Shown here: positions 1 to 9,377 of the stretch, piece after piece
Position numbering within the stretch: position 1 is the stretch's first letter
Layout: every line of letters begins with the position of its first letter
Assembly (NCBI GenBank): GCA_004297315.1
Contig: SCTU01000075.1
Span: 1-33,694 of the forward strand
Reading direction: 5' to 3'
Source of the DNA: Dehalococcoidia bacterium
Lineage (GTDB): Bacteria; Chloroflexota; Dehalococcoidia; UBA2979
DNA length: 33,694 bases
Program-made: the position numbers and the translations under genes
The notes under the pieces: model-generated
Seen by the model: the letters and a program-made list of their open reading frames with translations, nothing else
What the model was told of the DNA's origin: nothing
Databases searched by the model: none

Positions 1-1
1 C

Positions 2-1117
2 GGGGCGGGGGCGGTCGGACTCGCGATCGCAGAGCGGCTGGCACGCACACGCTCGGTGCTCCTGGTGGAGCGGCACGAGGGCTACGGCCGCGAGACCTCG
101 TCGCACAACTCCGGCGTCGTGCATGCGGCGATCTACTACGAGACCGGATCGCTGAAGCACCGCCTCTGCTGGGAGGGCAACCCGCTCATCTATGAGTGGG
201 CGGAGGCGCACAACGTCCCGGTGCGCCGCTGCGGCAAGTTGATCGTCGCGCTGGCCGAGGACGAACGGGCCGGCCTCGACGAGGTATGGGGGCAGGCGAC
301 CGCCAACGGTGTGCGCGGCATCGAGCGGCTGACGGGCGAGCAGGCGCGCGCGCTGGAGCCGCACGTCCCGACCGTCGAGGCGATCTGGTCGCCCTCGACC
401 GGCGTGGTCGACCCCGCGTCGCTCGTCCGGTCGTACGAGGGCGAGGCGCGTGCCCACGGCGCGCTTGTCGTCTACCGGCACGCGGTCACCAGCGTCGAGC
501 GCATCGCGGGCGGGTTCCGCCTCGACCTGCGCGACGCGGACGGCCAGTCGAGCAGCGTCACGTGTGCGGCGCTCGTGAACAGCGCCGGCCACGGCGCGCC
601 CGACCTCGCCGCAGCGCTCGGCTACCCCCTCGACGGCGGCATGCACGAGGGCGTCGAGGTGCCCGTGCTGCGCCAGCGCGCGAACGGCGGCCGCTACTAC
701 GACATCGTCGACCCGGATGTTGCACGGATGGTCTCGCGCCCGGTGTACCCGCTGCCGGAGCACCAGGCGGGTGGGCTGGGGCTTCACCTGACCGTCGACA
801 CCGACGGGGGCGCACACCTCGGGCCCTCCACGGAGTGGCTGCCGGATGGCGCGCCGCTCGACTACCGGCAGGTGGACGAGCCGGAGTGGCACGCGCGGTT
901 CCTCGAGGCCGGGCGCCGGTTCCTGCCCGGGCTGCGTGGGGACCAGATTGCGCCGGGGCAGGTCGGCTACCGGCCGAAAATCCAGCGGCCGGACCAAGGG
1001 CTGGTCGACTTCCTGATCTGGCACGACCGCGGCTACGTCCACCTCGGCGGCATCGAATCGCCCGGGCTGACGGCGAGCCTGCCGATCGCGCGTGTCGTGG
1101 ACGAGGCGCTAGGCTGA
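2..1117 (+). CDS. NAD(P)/FAD-dependent oxidoreductase, L-2-hydroxyglutarate oxidase (LhgO)-like; 5'-partial
   Basis: The frame is open from base 2 and reads GAGAVG (FAD-binding GxGxxG). It also has ETSSHNSGVVHA, GLGLHLT, GYRPK and the C-terminal GIESPGLTASL motif. Confidence 0.85.
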   Translation, partial: GAGAVGLAIAERLARTRSVLLVERHEGYGRETSSHNSGVVHAAIYYETGSLKHRLCWEGNPLIYEWAEAHNVPVRRCGKLIVALAEDERAGLDEVWGQATANGVRGIERLTGEQARALEPHVPTVEAIWSPSTGVVDPASLVRSYEGEARAHGALVVYRHAVTSVERIAGGFRLDLRDADGQSSSVTCAALVNSAGHGAPDLAAALGYPLDGGMHEGVEVPVLRQRANGGRYYDIVDPDVARMVSRPVYPLPEHQAGGLGLHLTVDTDGGAHLGPSTEWLPDGAPLDYRQVDEPEWHARFLEAGRRFLPGLRGDQIAPGQVGYRPKIQRPDQGLVDFLIWHDRGYVHLGGIESPGLTASLPIARVVDEALG

Positions 1118-1122
1118 GGCCC

Positions 1123-1236
1123 GTGAACCTCCTCGAAGACCCCGGGAAGTACTACTGGAAGTGGCTGGCGATCGCCGCCGTGCTGCTCGTCGTCTACGGG
1201 GCGGAGCGCTGGATCCGCACGGGCGCGCTCTTCTAG
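1123..1236 (+). CDS. Small single-pass membrane protein, 37 aa (MNLLEDPGKYYWKWLAIAAVLLVVYGAERWIRTGALF)
   Basis: GTG lies 5 nt after the upstream stop. Codons are G/C-ending like the neighbours and there is one clean hydrophobic helix. It is the tail of the 196..1236 shadow ORF. Confidence 0.6.
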   Translation: MNLLEDPGKYYWKWLAIAAVLLVVYGAERWIRTGALF

Positions 1237-1362
1237 CGCCCTCCCTATCGGCCTGAGTTCGCGCGTGCGCATGCCCGCGTCGCCGGGCCGGCCTTACGAT
1301 GCGGCCCGATCCAGCAGCGACGTCCACCGCGACGGGGACGGCTGCCTTTCGAGGAGGCATGA

Positions 1363-1869
1363 ATGGTCGACCGATTCCCGGTGGAAGCCGGGCACATCAT
1401 GTTGTTCGCGCGCGCCGTGGGCGACACGAACCCGATCTACTACGACGAAGAGGCCGCGAAGAAGACGGAGCCCGGCGGGATCATCGCGCCGCCGACCTTC
1501 GTGCAGGCCTCGGCGCAGTTCGACTCGAACTACAGCCTGCGCCCACGGCCCGGCCAGCGCTGGTTCGGCTCGGGCAAGGCGCCGAGCGGCAGCAATGCCG
1601 AGGCGCCGAAGGAGGAGGCCCCGCGCGGCGGGGGCGGCGGCTCCGGGCTGCACGCTGAGCAGCACTACGAGTACCACCGTCACCTCAAGCCTGGTGACGT
1701 CCTGCACTGGGTGACGAAGCCGGGCAAGACCTGGGAGGCCGAAGGCCGCCGCGCCGGGAAGTTGAAGTTCTCCGAGACGATCACGGAGTACTACGACCAG
1801 AACGACAACCTCGTGATCACGGCGCGGTCGGTCGGCGTGCAGACCGAGCGCCCGGTCGCTCAGGGTTAG
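1363..1869 (+). CDS. MaoC-like hotdog dehydratase, N-terminal/HadA-type subunit
   Basis: FARAVGDTNPIY, APPTF and LHAEQHYEYHRHLKPGD motifs; SD GAGGAGG at 1351-1357. Confidence 0.85.
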   Translation: MVDRFPVEAGHIMLFARAVGDTNPIYYDEEAAKKTEPGGIIAPPTFVQASAQFDSNYSLRPRPGQRWFGSGKAPSGSNAEAPKEEAPRGGGGGSGLHAEQHYEYHRHLKPGDVLHWVTKPGKTWEAEGRRAGKLKFSETITEYYDQNDNLVITARSVGVQTERPVAQG

Positions 1870-1878
1870 GGGGCATCG

Positions 1879-2301
1879 ATGGCGCTCAAGGCAAGTCAGT
1901 TGAAGGTCGGCGACAAGCACGAGGCGGTCGTGGCGCGGGACTTGAGCCGCACGCAGGTCGTGCAGTACGCCGGCGCTTCCGGGGACTACAACCCGTTGCA
2001 CACGGACGAGGTCTTCACCACGCAGGTCGCGGGTTATCCCTCGACATTCGCGCACGGGATGCTCTCCATGGGCCTGACCGGCAGAATGCTGACGGACTAC
2101 GTCGGCGACGGCCGGCTCACGAAGTTCGGCGTGCGCTTCGTCTCGCAGGTCTTCCCCGGCGACACGCTCACCGCGAAGGCCGAAGTGGAGGCGGTGCGCT
2201 CCGAGGGCGGACAGCACTTCGTGGACCTGAAGTTGAGCACGGTGAACCAGGACGGCAAAGAAGTCGTGCAGGGCAGCGCGTCCGCGCGCATCGACCCGTA
2301 A
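1879..2301 (+). CDS. MaoC-family (R)-hydratase/dehydratase, catalytic HadB-type subunit
   Basis: Hydratase-2 motif YAGASGDYNPLH, plus AHGML and RFVSQVFPGDTL. Confidence 0.9.
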   Translation: MALKASQLKVGDKHEAVVARDLSRTQVVQYAGASGDYNPLHTDEVFTTQVAGYPSTFAHGMLSMGLTGRMLTDYVGDGRLTKFGVRFVSQVFPGDTLTAKAEVEAVRSEGGQHFVDLKLSTVNQDGKEVVQGSASARIDP

Positions 2302-2322
2302 CGCGAGGCCACGGATCACGTC

Positions 2323-2360
2323 AGGGGCCGTCGCGCGATGTGCGACGGCCCCTTCGTTTT
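2323..2360 (+). terminator. Intrinsic terminator after the MaoC pair
   Basis: Perfect 12-bp stem AGGGGCCGTCGC (2323-2334) / GCGACGGCCCCT (2342-2353) followed by TCGTTTT. Confidence 0.8.
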
Positions 2361-2453
2361 GACGCCCCGCTGCGAGCACTGCCGCCAGCCGTGTGCCGGC
2401 TCCGGTACACTGCGGCGCGCGCTACGACGCTATGACGCGCCGAGGAGACTGAG

Positions 2454-4916
2454 ATGCCGGGGCCGCTCGATAACATACGTGTAATTGACCTCACCAGCGG
2501 CCCCGTGGGCGGCATCGCCACGATGGTACTGGCCGACTTCGGCGCCGACGTGATCAAGGTCGAACGTCCCGGCGGCGACCCGTTCCGCTCCATGGCCTCT
2601 TCGCTGATGTGGCTGCGCGGCAAGCGCTCGGTCGAGCTCGACCTGAAGCGTGCGGACGGCCAGGAGCGGCTCGCGCAACTGGTCGAAACCGCCGACGTCG
2701 TGATCACGTCGTTCCGAGGGGATGCGGCGGCGGCCCTTGGAGCCGGTTATGAGGCGCTCTCGCGCCGCAACCCCGGCATCGTCTACTGCAACATCTCAGG
2801 CTTCGGCCCGCGCGGCCCGTACGCCGGCTACCCCGGCTATGAGGGCGTCGTCGCCGCGAAGGCGGGCCGCATGATGGCGTTCTCGGGTGTCGCGCCGCGC
2901 CCGGGGCCGCAGTTCGCCGCCGTGCAGGTGACCTCGCACGCGGCCTCGCAGGCGGCGGTGACGGGAGTCATCGCGGGCGTCGTGGCGCGCGAGCGGCAGC
3001 AGCGTGGCCAGCGCTTCGAGACGAGCCTGTTGCAGGGCCTGATGTCGTACGACATGGGCGGGCTGCTCATGTCGTCGTTGCGCGCGCGCGAACCGGAGAA
3101 GTGGCCGGTAGCCCCGGCGCCGACGATGCCGACGATCAACTACCACCCCGCCCTCGCGAAGGACGGACGCTGGATCCAGATGGGGAACCTGCTCCAGCAC
3201 CTGTTCGACAACTTCGTCGCAGCCACGGAGATGTACGACATCTACGCCGACGGGGAGCACGAGGGCTCGCCCGCCAGTTGGAAGGAAGAGGTGCGCGAGG
3301 CGTTCCGGGACCGGATGCTCCGGCTGATGCGGGAGAAGACGGTCGACGAGTGGATGCGCATTTTCATCGAGCACGGCGGCGTGGTCGCGCATCCGTACCA
3401 CACGACGCAGGAAGCGCTCGACGACCCCGACGTGGCGATGAACGGCCACGTAGTCGAGGTACCCGACCCGCGCGGGCGGACCGAGCCAGCCGCACAAGGG
3501 CGTCCGCCGATGCGCGCGATCGGCCTCGTCGCGCGGCTCACGGAGACGCCCGGCGCCGTGCGCGGCGAGGTCCCCGCCGTCGGGGAGCACACGGCCTCCG
3601 TCCTCAGCGAGCCGAAGCGCGCCGCGTGGCGGCCAGCGTCGGGCGAGCAAACGCCCCGCCTGCCGCTGGAGGGCGTCACGGTGCTCGACTTCTCGACGAT
3701 CATCGCTGCGCCGCTTGGCTGCTCGCACCTCGCCGACCTCGGCGCGCGCGTGATCAAGATCGAGCAGATCGGCGGCGATCCGTGGCGGTGGATGGGGAGC
3801 GGATCGTTGGGCGCGCTGAAGACGAACGCTGGCAAAGAGAGCATTTCAGTCGACCTGAAGGACCCCGCGGGCCAGCCGATCGTGCACGGCCTGATCGCGA
3901 AGGCCGACATCGTCGTCCACAACTTCCGCCCCGGTGTACCGGAGCGCCTCGGCATGGCGTACGAGCAGGCGAAACAGGTCAACCCCGAGATCGTCTACGT
4001 GAACGTGAACGGGTACGGCCCGGACGGCCCCGGCGCGCATCGTCCGGCGACGCATCCGATCCCCGGGGCGGCCCTCGGCGGCGCGCAGTACCAGGCTGGC
4101 GGGATGCCCCCCGCGTCCGACGACCTCAAGGTGATCCGCGAGGGCGCCCGGCGGCTCTTCCGCGCCAACGAGGTGAACCCGGACCCCAACACCTCGGCGG
4201 TCGTGTCGACGACCGCGATGCTCGGACTGTGGGCGCGGCAACGCACCGGCCAGGGCCAGGAGATCTTCATCGACATGATGGGCGCGAACGCCTACGCAAA
4301 CGCCGACGACTTCTTCTGGTACGAAGGCCGGGCGCCCCGCCCGCCGATCGATGAGGGTCTGCACGGCACCGGCCCGCTCTACCGCCTGTACGAGTGCAAA
4401 GCAGGTTGGGTCTTCGTCGGCGTGCTGCTGGAGAAGGAGTGGGCGCGGCTCTGCTCACTCCTCGGCCGTCCCGAACTCGCGGCCGACCCGCGCTTCAGCA
4501 CGGCCGAGGCCCGCGACGCGAACGCGGAGGCGCTTGCGGACCTGCTCGTGGAGTTGTTCCACACCAACACGGCGGACGAGTGGGAGCGCTCGCTTGCCGG
4601 TGCCGGCATCGGCTGCGTGCGCGCGGACGGCCCCGTGCCTGCGGAGTTCTTCTATCGCGACGAGCAGATGAAGGCGAACGATTTCACCTCGGCCGTCGAG
4701 CACCCGTCGCTGGGCACCTACCAGCGCCACGGGCCGGTCGTGCGGACGCAGGGCGCGCCGGCACGGCTGGGGCCCGGCCCAATGTCGGGCGAGCACACGG
4801 ACAGCCTGCTGGCGGAACTCGGCTACACCCCTGAGCAGGTGGCTGAACTGCGGGCGAAAGGCGTCGTCTGGAGCGAGGCGGGCGTCCCCGTCGCGCAGGC
4901 CACGAGGCACACGTAG
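2454..4916 (+). CDS. CaiB/BaiF family III CoA-transferase, tandem two-domain form
   Basis: Two repeats: LDNIRVIDL..LADFGADVIKVERPGGDPFR..RGKRSV and LEGVTVLDFS..LADLGARVIKIE..GGDPWR..AGKESI..NFRPG. SD GAGGAG precedes the start. Confidence 0.92.
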   Translation: MPGPLDNIRVIDLTSGPVGGIATMVLADFGADVIKVERPGGDPFRSMASSLMWLRGKRSVELDLKRADGQERLAQLVETADVVITSFRGDAAAALGAGYEALSRRNPGIVYCNISGFGPRGPYAGYPGYEGVVAAKAGRMMAFSGVAPRPGPQFAAVQVTSHAASQAAVTGVIAGVVARERQQRGQRFETSLLQGLMSYDMGGLLMSSLRAREPEKWPVAPAPTMPTINYHPALAKDGRWIQMGNLLQHLFDNFVAATEMYDIYADGEHEGSPASWKEEVREAFRDRMLRLMREKTVDEWMRIFIEHGGVVAHPYHTTQEALDDPDVAMNGHVVEVPDPRGRTEPAAQGRPPMRAIGLVARLTETPGAVRGEVPAVGEHTASVLSEPKRAAWRPASGEQTPRLPLEGVTVLDFSTIIAAPLGCSHLADLGARVIKIEQIGGDPWRWMGSGSLGALKTNAGKESISVDLKDPAGQPIVHGLIAKADIVVHNFRPGVPERLGMAYEQAKQVNPEIVYVNVNGYGPDGPGAHRPATHPIPGAALGGAQYQAGGMPPASDDLKVIREGARRLFRANEVNPDPNTSAVVSTTAMLGLWARQRTGQGQEIFIDMMGANAYANADDFFWYEGRAPRPPIDEGLHGTGPLYRLYECKAGWVFVGVLLEKEWARLCSLLGRPELAADPRFSTAEARDANAEALADLLVELFHTNTADEWERSLAGAGIGCVRADGPVPAEFFYRDEQMKANDFTSAVEHPSLGTYQRHGPVVRTQGAPARLGPGPMSGEHTDSLLAELGYTPEQVAELRAKGVVWSEAGVPVAQATRHT

Positions 4917-6148
4917 TGCCCGACCGCCACATCGAGGTCCGCGCCCCCAGCGAGACTGAGGTCGCGGCGTTTGATGCGATGCCGCACTACGTCTTCGCGT
5001 TGTCACAGGAGGACGTGCGGGCCTACTCGACGCAGCCGGCACCGCTGGCTTCGGCCGTCCGCCTCGGTGTGTACGTCGATGGCAAAGTCGCGACGACCTA
5101 CGGATGGATCCCGTGGCAGGTGAGGCTGAACGGCCGCCCGGTCTCTGCGCCTGGCATCACCGCGGTGGGCACGTACCCCCAGTTTCGCCGCCGCGGCCAC
5201 CTCCGGCGCCTCATGGTGCGGGCGCTCGAGGTCCATCGCGAGCGCAACGAGCCGCTCGTCATGCTCTGGGCCTCTATGGGAGCGATCTATCAGCGCTTTG
5301 GCTACGGCCGTGGCTCCGAGCACGTCATATACAACGCGGATCCGCGCTTCATCGCGCTGCGAGAGCCCTTTACCTGGGATGGCGAGGTGCGGCTGATCGA
5401 CCAGGCCTCCGCCGAGGATCGTGCCGTCGCTGAACGCGTGTACGAGGAGTGGGCCGTGCCGCGCAACCTCGTCCCGATGCGTGATGCAGCTCGCTGGGTC
5501 CATCTGTGGTGGGACATTCAGCGGCAGGGCTACCACGTCGCCGTGGCGGAGGATGCGGGCGGCCGCGCGCGCGGGATGATCGCCTATAAGTCGAAGGAGC
5601 AGCACGAGGCGGGCGTGCCAGGCCCCGACCAGCACATGGAGGTCGCGGGCTTCTTCGCGCTCGACCTCGACGCCCGACGCGCGCTCTGGCAGTACGTCCG
5701 TGCGCACGACCTGGTGTTACGGGCGAAATTCGTGATGGTCGAGCCCGACGACCCGATCCCGGACCTGCTGCTCGAGCCCCGCGAACTGCGTCGCTCGACC
5801 GGTGATGCGATGTGGGTGCGGATCGTCGATGTCCCGCGCGCCCTCGAAGCACGGCCCTACGCGACAGCCGGCACGCTGACGCTGCGCGTCCACGACAAAC
5901 TGGCGCCCTGGAACGATGGCATCTGGCGCTTCGAGACGGACGGCTCCGAGACGAGGGTGACGCGGGTGGATGACGCCACGCCGGACCTCGACCTCTCGAT
6001 CAACGCGCTGGCGTCGCTGCTGACCGGGTTCCGCTCCGCCACCCGCATCGAGCGGGCGGGGATGCTCACCGGCAACGAGGCCGCCGTGCGGCGCGCGGAC
6101 GCGATCTTTGCGACCGCGTACGCGCCGCACATGCCGGAGGGGTTCTAG
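4916..6148 (+). CDS. eis: Eis-family GNAT acetyltransferase with SCP2-like C-terminal domain
   Basis: GITAVGTYPQFRRRGH, LWASMGAIYQRFGYG, MWVRIVDVPRALEARPY and a terminal Phe. The start overlaps the upstream stop (TAGTG). Confidence 0.85.
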   Translation: MPDRHIEVRAPSETEVAAFDAMPHYVFALSQEDVRAYSTQPAPLASAVRLGVYVDGKVATTYGWIPWQVRLNGRPVSAPGITAVGTYPQFRRRGHLRRLMVRALEVHRERNEPLVMLWASMGAIYQRFGYGRGSEHVIYNADPRFIALREPFTWDGEVRLIDQASAEDRAVAERVYEEWAVPRNLVPMRDAARWVHLWWDIQRQGYHVAVAEDAGGRARGMIAYKSKEQHEAGVPGPDQHMEVAGFFALDLDARRALWQYVRAHDLVLRAKFVMVEPDDPIPDLLLEPRELRRSTGDAMWVRIVDVPRALEARPYATAGTLTLRVHDKLAPWNDGIWRFETDGSETRVTRVDDATPDLDLSINALASLLTGFRSATRIERAGMLTGNEAAVRRADAIFATAYAPHMPEGF

Positions 6149-7086
6149 GCCCGACGCTCCAGCCAGGCCATCGCCGCCTGAGCGAAGGCGGCGGGCTGGT
6201 CCCCCTGCACCGAGTGGCCTGCGCCCTCGATCATGACGAGCTCGGCATCCTTCATGGTCTTCACCACCTCGGCAGCCACCTCGGGGGCGAGGATCTTCGA
6301 GATCGACCCGCGCATCAGGAGTGTCGGCGTCTTGATCGCGCGGACGTCCGCCCAGAGCGCCTCGCTGCGCTTCTGCGCTGCCGCCTTCATCGCGGCCTCG
6401 TCCGGCTGCGCGGGCGCCTCGCGGTGCTGCTGCTTCCACGTCCACCCGTCGGCCGTCGGCTTCAACGAGTGCATCAGGCTGTACTTCAGGTGGGCGGGCT
6501 TGCGCTGCGGGTTGAACTTGATCGCGCGCTCCAGGAAGTCCTCGAAGCGGCTCATCGTCTCCGTCTCGACGCGGAACGCCTCCATCTCGATCTGGCCTTC
6601 CTGCATCGTGACCGGCGCGATGTCCACGATGATCAAGCGCGAGACTCGTTCGGGGTGGCGCGCGGTGTAGCGGATCGCGTTCTGGCCGCCCATGGACATC
6701 CCGCAGAGCACGACCTGCGGGAAACCGAGGTGTTCGATGAACGCCTCGGTGTCGCGCAGCATGAGGTCGCCGTTGTCCTCGCCGGCCTGCGACTCCGGCG
6801 TCCATCCCGTGTCGCCGTGGCCGCGCTGGTCCGGTGCGATGACGTGGTAGCGGTCGCGCAGCAGGAGGGCGGACATGTCCCAGGTGTGCGCGGTCAGCGC
6901 CCCGCCGTGCAGCAGCACGAGCGGCGGCAGGTGGGCGTTCCCCCAGTCGACGTAGTGGAAGTCGATGCCGTTCAGCTTGACGTGGTGGTCGGTGGGCTGC
7001 ACGAACTCGCGCGGCTTGAGGTTGATTGACTCGGCGCAAGCGCGCATCTCGTCGAGGTAATTCGCAAATGGTGATGCGGTGGTCAT
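6145..7086 (-). CDS. Alpha/beta fold hydrolase
   Basis: LLHGG oxyanion motif, DQRGHGDT, nucleophile GMSMGG and catalytic His in GAGHSV. Confidence 0.9.
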   Translation of the reverse strand: MTTASPFANYLDEMRACAESINLKPREFVQPTDHHVKLNGIDFHYVDWGNAHLPPLVLLHGGALTAHTWDMSALLLRDRYHVIAPDQRGHGDTGWTPESQAGEDNGDLMLRDTEAFIEHLGFPQVVLCGMSMGGQNAIRYTARHPERVSRLIIVDIAPVTMQEGQIEMEAFRVETETMSRFEDFLERAIKFNPQRKPAHLKYSLMHSLKPTADGWTWKQQHREAPAQPDEAAMKAAAQKRSEALWADVRAIKTPTLLMRGSISKILAPEVAAEVVKTMKDAELVMIEGAGHSVQGDQPAAFAQAAMAWLERRA

Positions 7087-7184
7087 GGGGCGTCCCTTTC
7101 AGTCCTCGCGCCATCACGCGTCGAGGCCGCCGCGATGCTAGCCGATCGGGCCGCGCCCTGCCGCCTCGCTGTTGGGCGTGACGC

Positions 7185-7853
7185 CTAACCCTCCGGCGTG
7201 ACGTCCAGCACTCGCTGGCTCCACAGCGCGAGGTCGCGCAGGCTCTCGTTCCCGATCTGATGGCCCATCGCGTACTCGCGGTGATCAGGCTTCGCGCCGA
7301 GCGCCTCCAACCGCGTCTTCGAGTCGCGCGCCCGGTCGAGGGCGATCATCGGGTCCTCGGAGCCGTGCTGGACGAGGATCGGGAGTGCGGCGACCGCCGC
7401 TGGGTCGGCGGCCTGACCGGCCGCCTCGGCCTCTTCGGGGAGCCAGGTGGACAGCGCGGCGAGGCCTCGCCACCGACCCGGCTCAGCGAGCGCGAGGCGG
7501 TAGGCGATGCTGCCGCCCTGCGAGAAGCCGAGGAGCGCGACGCGCCCAGGGTCGCCGCCGTAACGCGGCACCGCGACATCGATGAAGTCGTGGAGGAGGC
7601 CGACAATGCGCTCGAACTCCTCGGGGCTGCGGCGCGGGTCGCCGCCGGTGTTGAACCAGGTATACGAGAGGGTGCCGGGCTGGAGAACGTACGGCGCTTC
7701 CGGGAAGAGCAGGAGCGTCCGCCCGCCACCGAGGAATGGCGCGAGGCCCATGAGGTCCTGGCCGTGCGCCCCGTGCCCGTGGAACGCGACGATCGTCGGT
7801 AGCGGGCCGTCGCCGCCGGGATGCCACACGCCGTGTGCGAAGTCCATGTCCAC
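7185..7853 (-). CDS. Phospholipase/carboxylesterase (Abhydrolase_2-like)
   Basis: FHGHGA, GFSQGG, HGSEDPMI and MGHQI give the Ser-Asp-His triad. The start could be ATG 7847. Confidence 0.9.
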   Translation of the reverse strand: MDMDFAHGVWHPGGDGPLPTIVAFHGHGAHGQDLMGLAPFLGGGRTLLLFPEAPYVLQPGTLSYTWFNTGGDPRRSPEEFERIVGLLHDFIDVAVPRYGGDPGRVALLGFSQGGSIAYRLALAEPGRWRGLAALSTWLPEEAEAAGQAADPAAVAALPILVQHGSEDPMIALDRARDSKTRLEALGAKPDHREYAMGHQIGNESLRDLALWSQRVLDVTPEG

Positions 7854-7920
7854 CGCCCTCGATTGCCTCGTTGACGTCGGATCGTAGCGCCGGTCGAGGG
7901 TCCCCGCGGCGACGTCGGGC

Positions 7921-9237
7921 TCAGCCGCCGGAAGTCGAAGATGGCGGCGCCGGACGGGGTGCGCCGAGCGGCACGATCAGCACCAGCGCGGCAATCCAGC
8001 GGCCGATCGCGGAGACGAGCATCGCTGTGCGGATGTCCGAGACCCCCACGACCCAGGTCCCGATTGCGGGGCCGAAGAACGAGGCGGCGAGGATGACCAT
8101 CTGCTGGATCGCCGCGTACCGGGGCAGGTTCGCCGGCGGCGCGTACTCCATCAGCAGGTTGAACGAGAGCACGTTGTGCGCGGCCCAGGCCGCGCCGCCG
8201 GAAACGGAGGGCAGCGCCGCATGCCACCACGTGCGCGGCAGCAGCCAGAGCAGGGGGACGAAGGGCATGGTGCAGAGCAGCGTGCGGAACAACGACGCGC
8301 TCGCCTTCCGGGCGACGAAGAGACCGAGCGCGAACTGGCCGAGGATGGCGCCCCCGGCCTCGATCGAGGCGATCAGGCCGACCTGCCCGGGCTGCGCGTG
8401 GAGGTCGCGGACGAGGTACACCGCAAGGAACGGCCCCACCACCATCGCCGAGGTGTGGAGGAGCAGGGTGGCGGTCAGGTAGCGCACGAACGCGGCGTCC
8501 CGCAGCACGGCGCGTGTGGAACCGGCGGGCCGTTCACGTCTGGGCGCGCGCGGCCGCTCCGGGATGCGCGCGTAGGAATACGTCGAGGCGAGGCCGACCG
8601 CGAAGGCGGCGAGGAACGCGACCTGGAAGCCCTTCGTGCCGCCCACCACGCGGATCGCGACACCCGCGATCGGCGCGGCGACGGCCGCCGCCACCGTGAG
8701 GCTGAGCATCCGCTGCGAGACGCAGAAGGCCCGGCGGTCGATGGGGAAGATGTCGGCGAGCAAGGAGACCCATGACGGGTGACAGGCTGCCCCGGCCAGT
8801 GACTTCACGAACGTGAGCGCTACGAGCGCGTAGACCGCCGTACGCACGTCGTCGAACAGGAGCGGCACGCCGGCCATCGCGAGGATCGCGAGCCTGCCTG
8901 CACCACCCCCTCCGGCGAGCACGACCCACTTTCGCGAGGGCGTGCGCTCGGCGAGGGCAGCGCCCGGCACCAGCGCGAGGATGCCGGCGAGCCCGTTCGC
9001 GATCGCCAGCAGCCCGACCTGGGCGTCCGAGGCTCCGAGGGTGATGGCGTAGATCGAGAGGAACTGGACGACCACCGACTCGGACACCGAGGAGAGGATG
9101 CCGTCCGCGTAGAACCAGCGCTCCTCCACCGTCGACCAGATGCGGCGGCGGTACGAGGAAAGCGAGACCCACGCCGGGACACCCGGCCGCAGGCCGCGGG
9201 GCGTCCGCATCACGGGCCGTCGCGCCGTCCTCGCCAC
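7921..9237 (-). CDS. MFS transporter
   Basis: About 12 hydrophobic helices with the MFS two-half pattern; SD GAGGAGG before GTG 9237. Confidence 0.85.
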   Translation of the reverse strand: MARTARRPVMRTPRGLRPGVPAWVSLSSYRRRIWSTVEERWFYADGILSSVSESVVVQFLSIYAITLGASDAQVGLLAIANGLAGILALVPGAALAERTPSRKWVVLAGGGGAGRLAILAMAGVPLLFDDVRTAVYALVALTFVKSLAGAACHPSWVSLLADIFPIDRRAFCVSQRMLSLTVAAAVAAPIAGVAIRVVGGTKGFQVAFLAAFAVGLASTYSYARIPERPRAPRRERPAGSTRAVLRDAAFVRYLTATLLLHTSAMVVGPFLAVYLVRDLHAQPGQVGLIASIEAGGAILGQFALGLFVARKASASLFRTLLCTMPFVPLLWLLPRTWWHAALPSVSGGAAWAAHNVLSFNLLMEYAPPANLPRYAAIQQMVILAASFFGPAIGTWVVGVSDIRTAMLVSAIGRWIAALVLIVPLGAPRPAPPSSTSGG

Positions 9238-9377
9238 ATCGCCTCCTCACAACCTTTCGATAGTGGCAGATAGGCGAGCGCACGTCCTGACCGAAATATG
9301 GTCCGCGGGAAAAAGTAAGGACCCGTTAGCCAGAGGCGACCTGTTACGGCTCACTGAACGGGGCCCAGGAACTGTCG

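Noticed and set aside
9240-9377. Relatively AT-rich gap between the two MFS genes as a possible riboswitch
   Set aside because: No recognisable aptamer or convincing dyad; probably just a promoter region.
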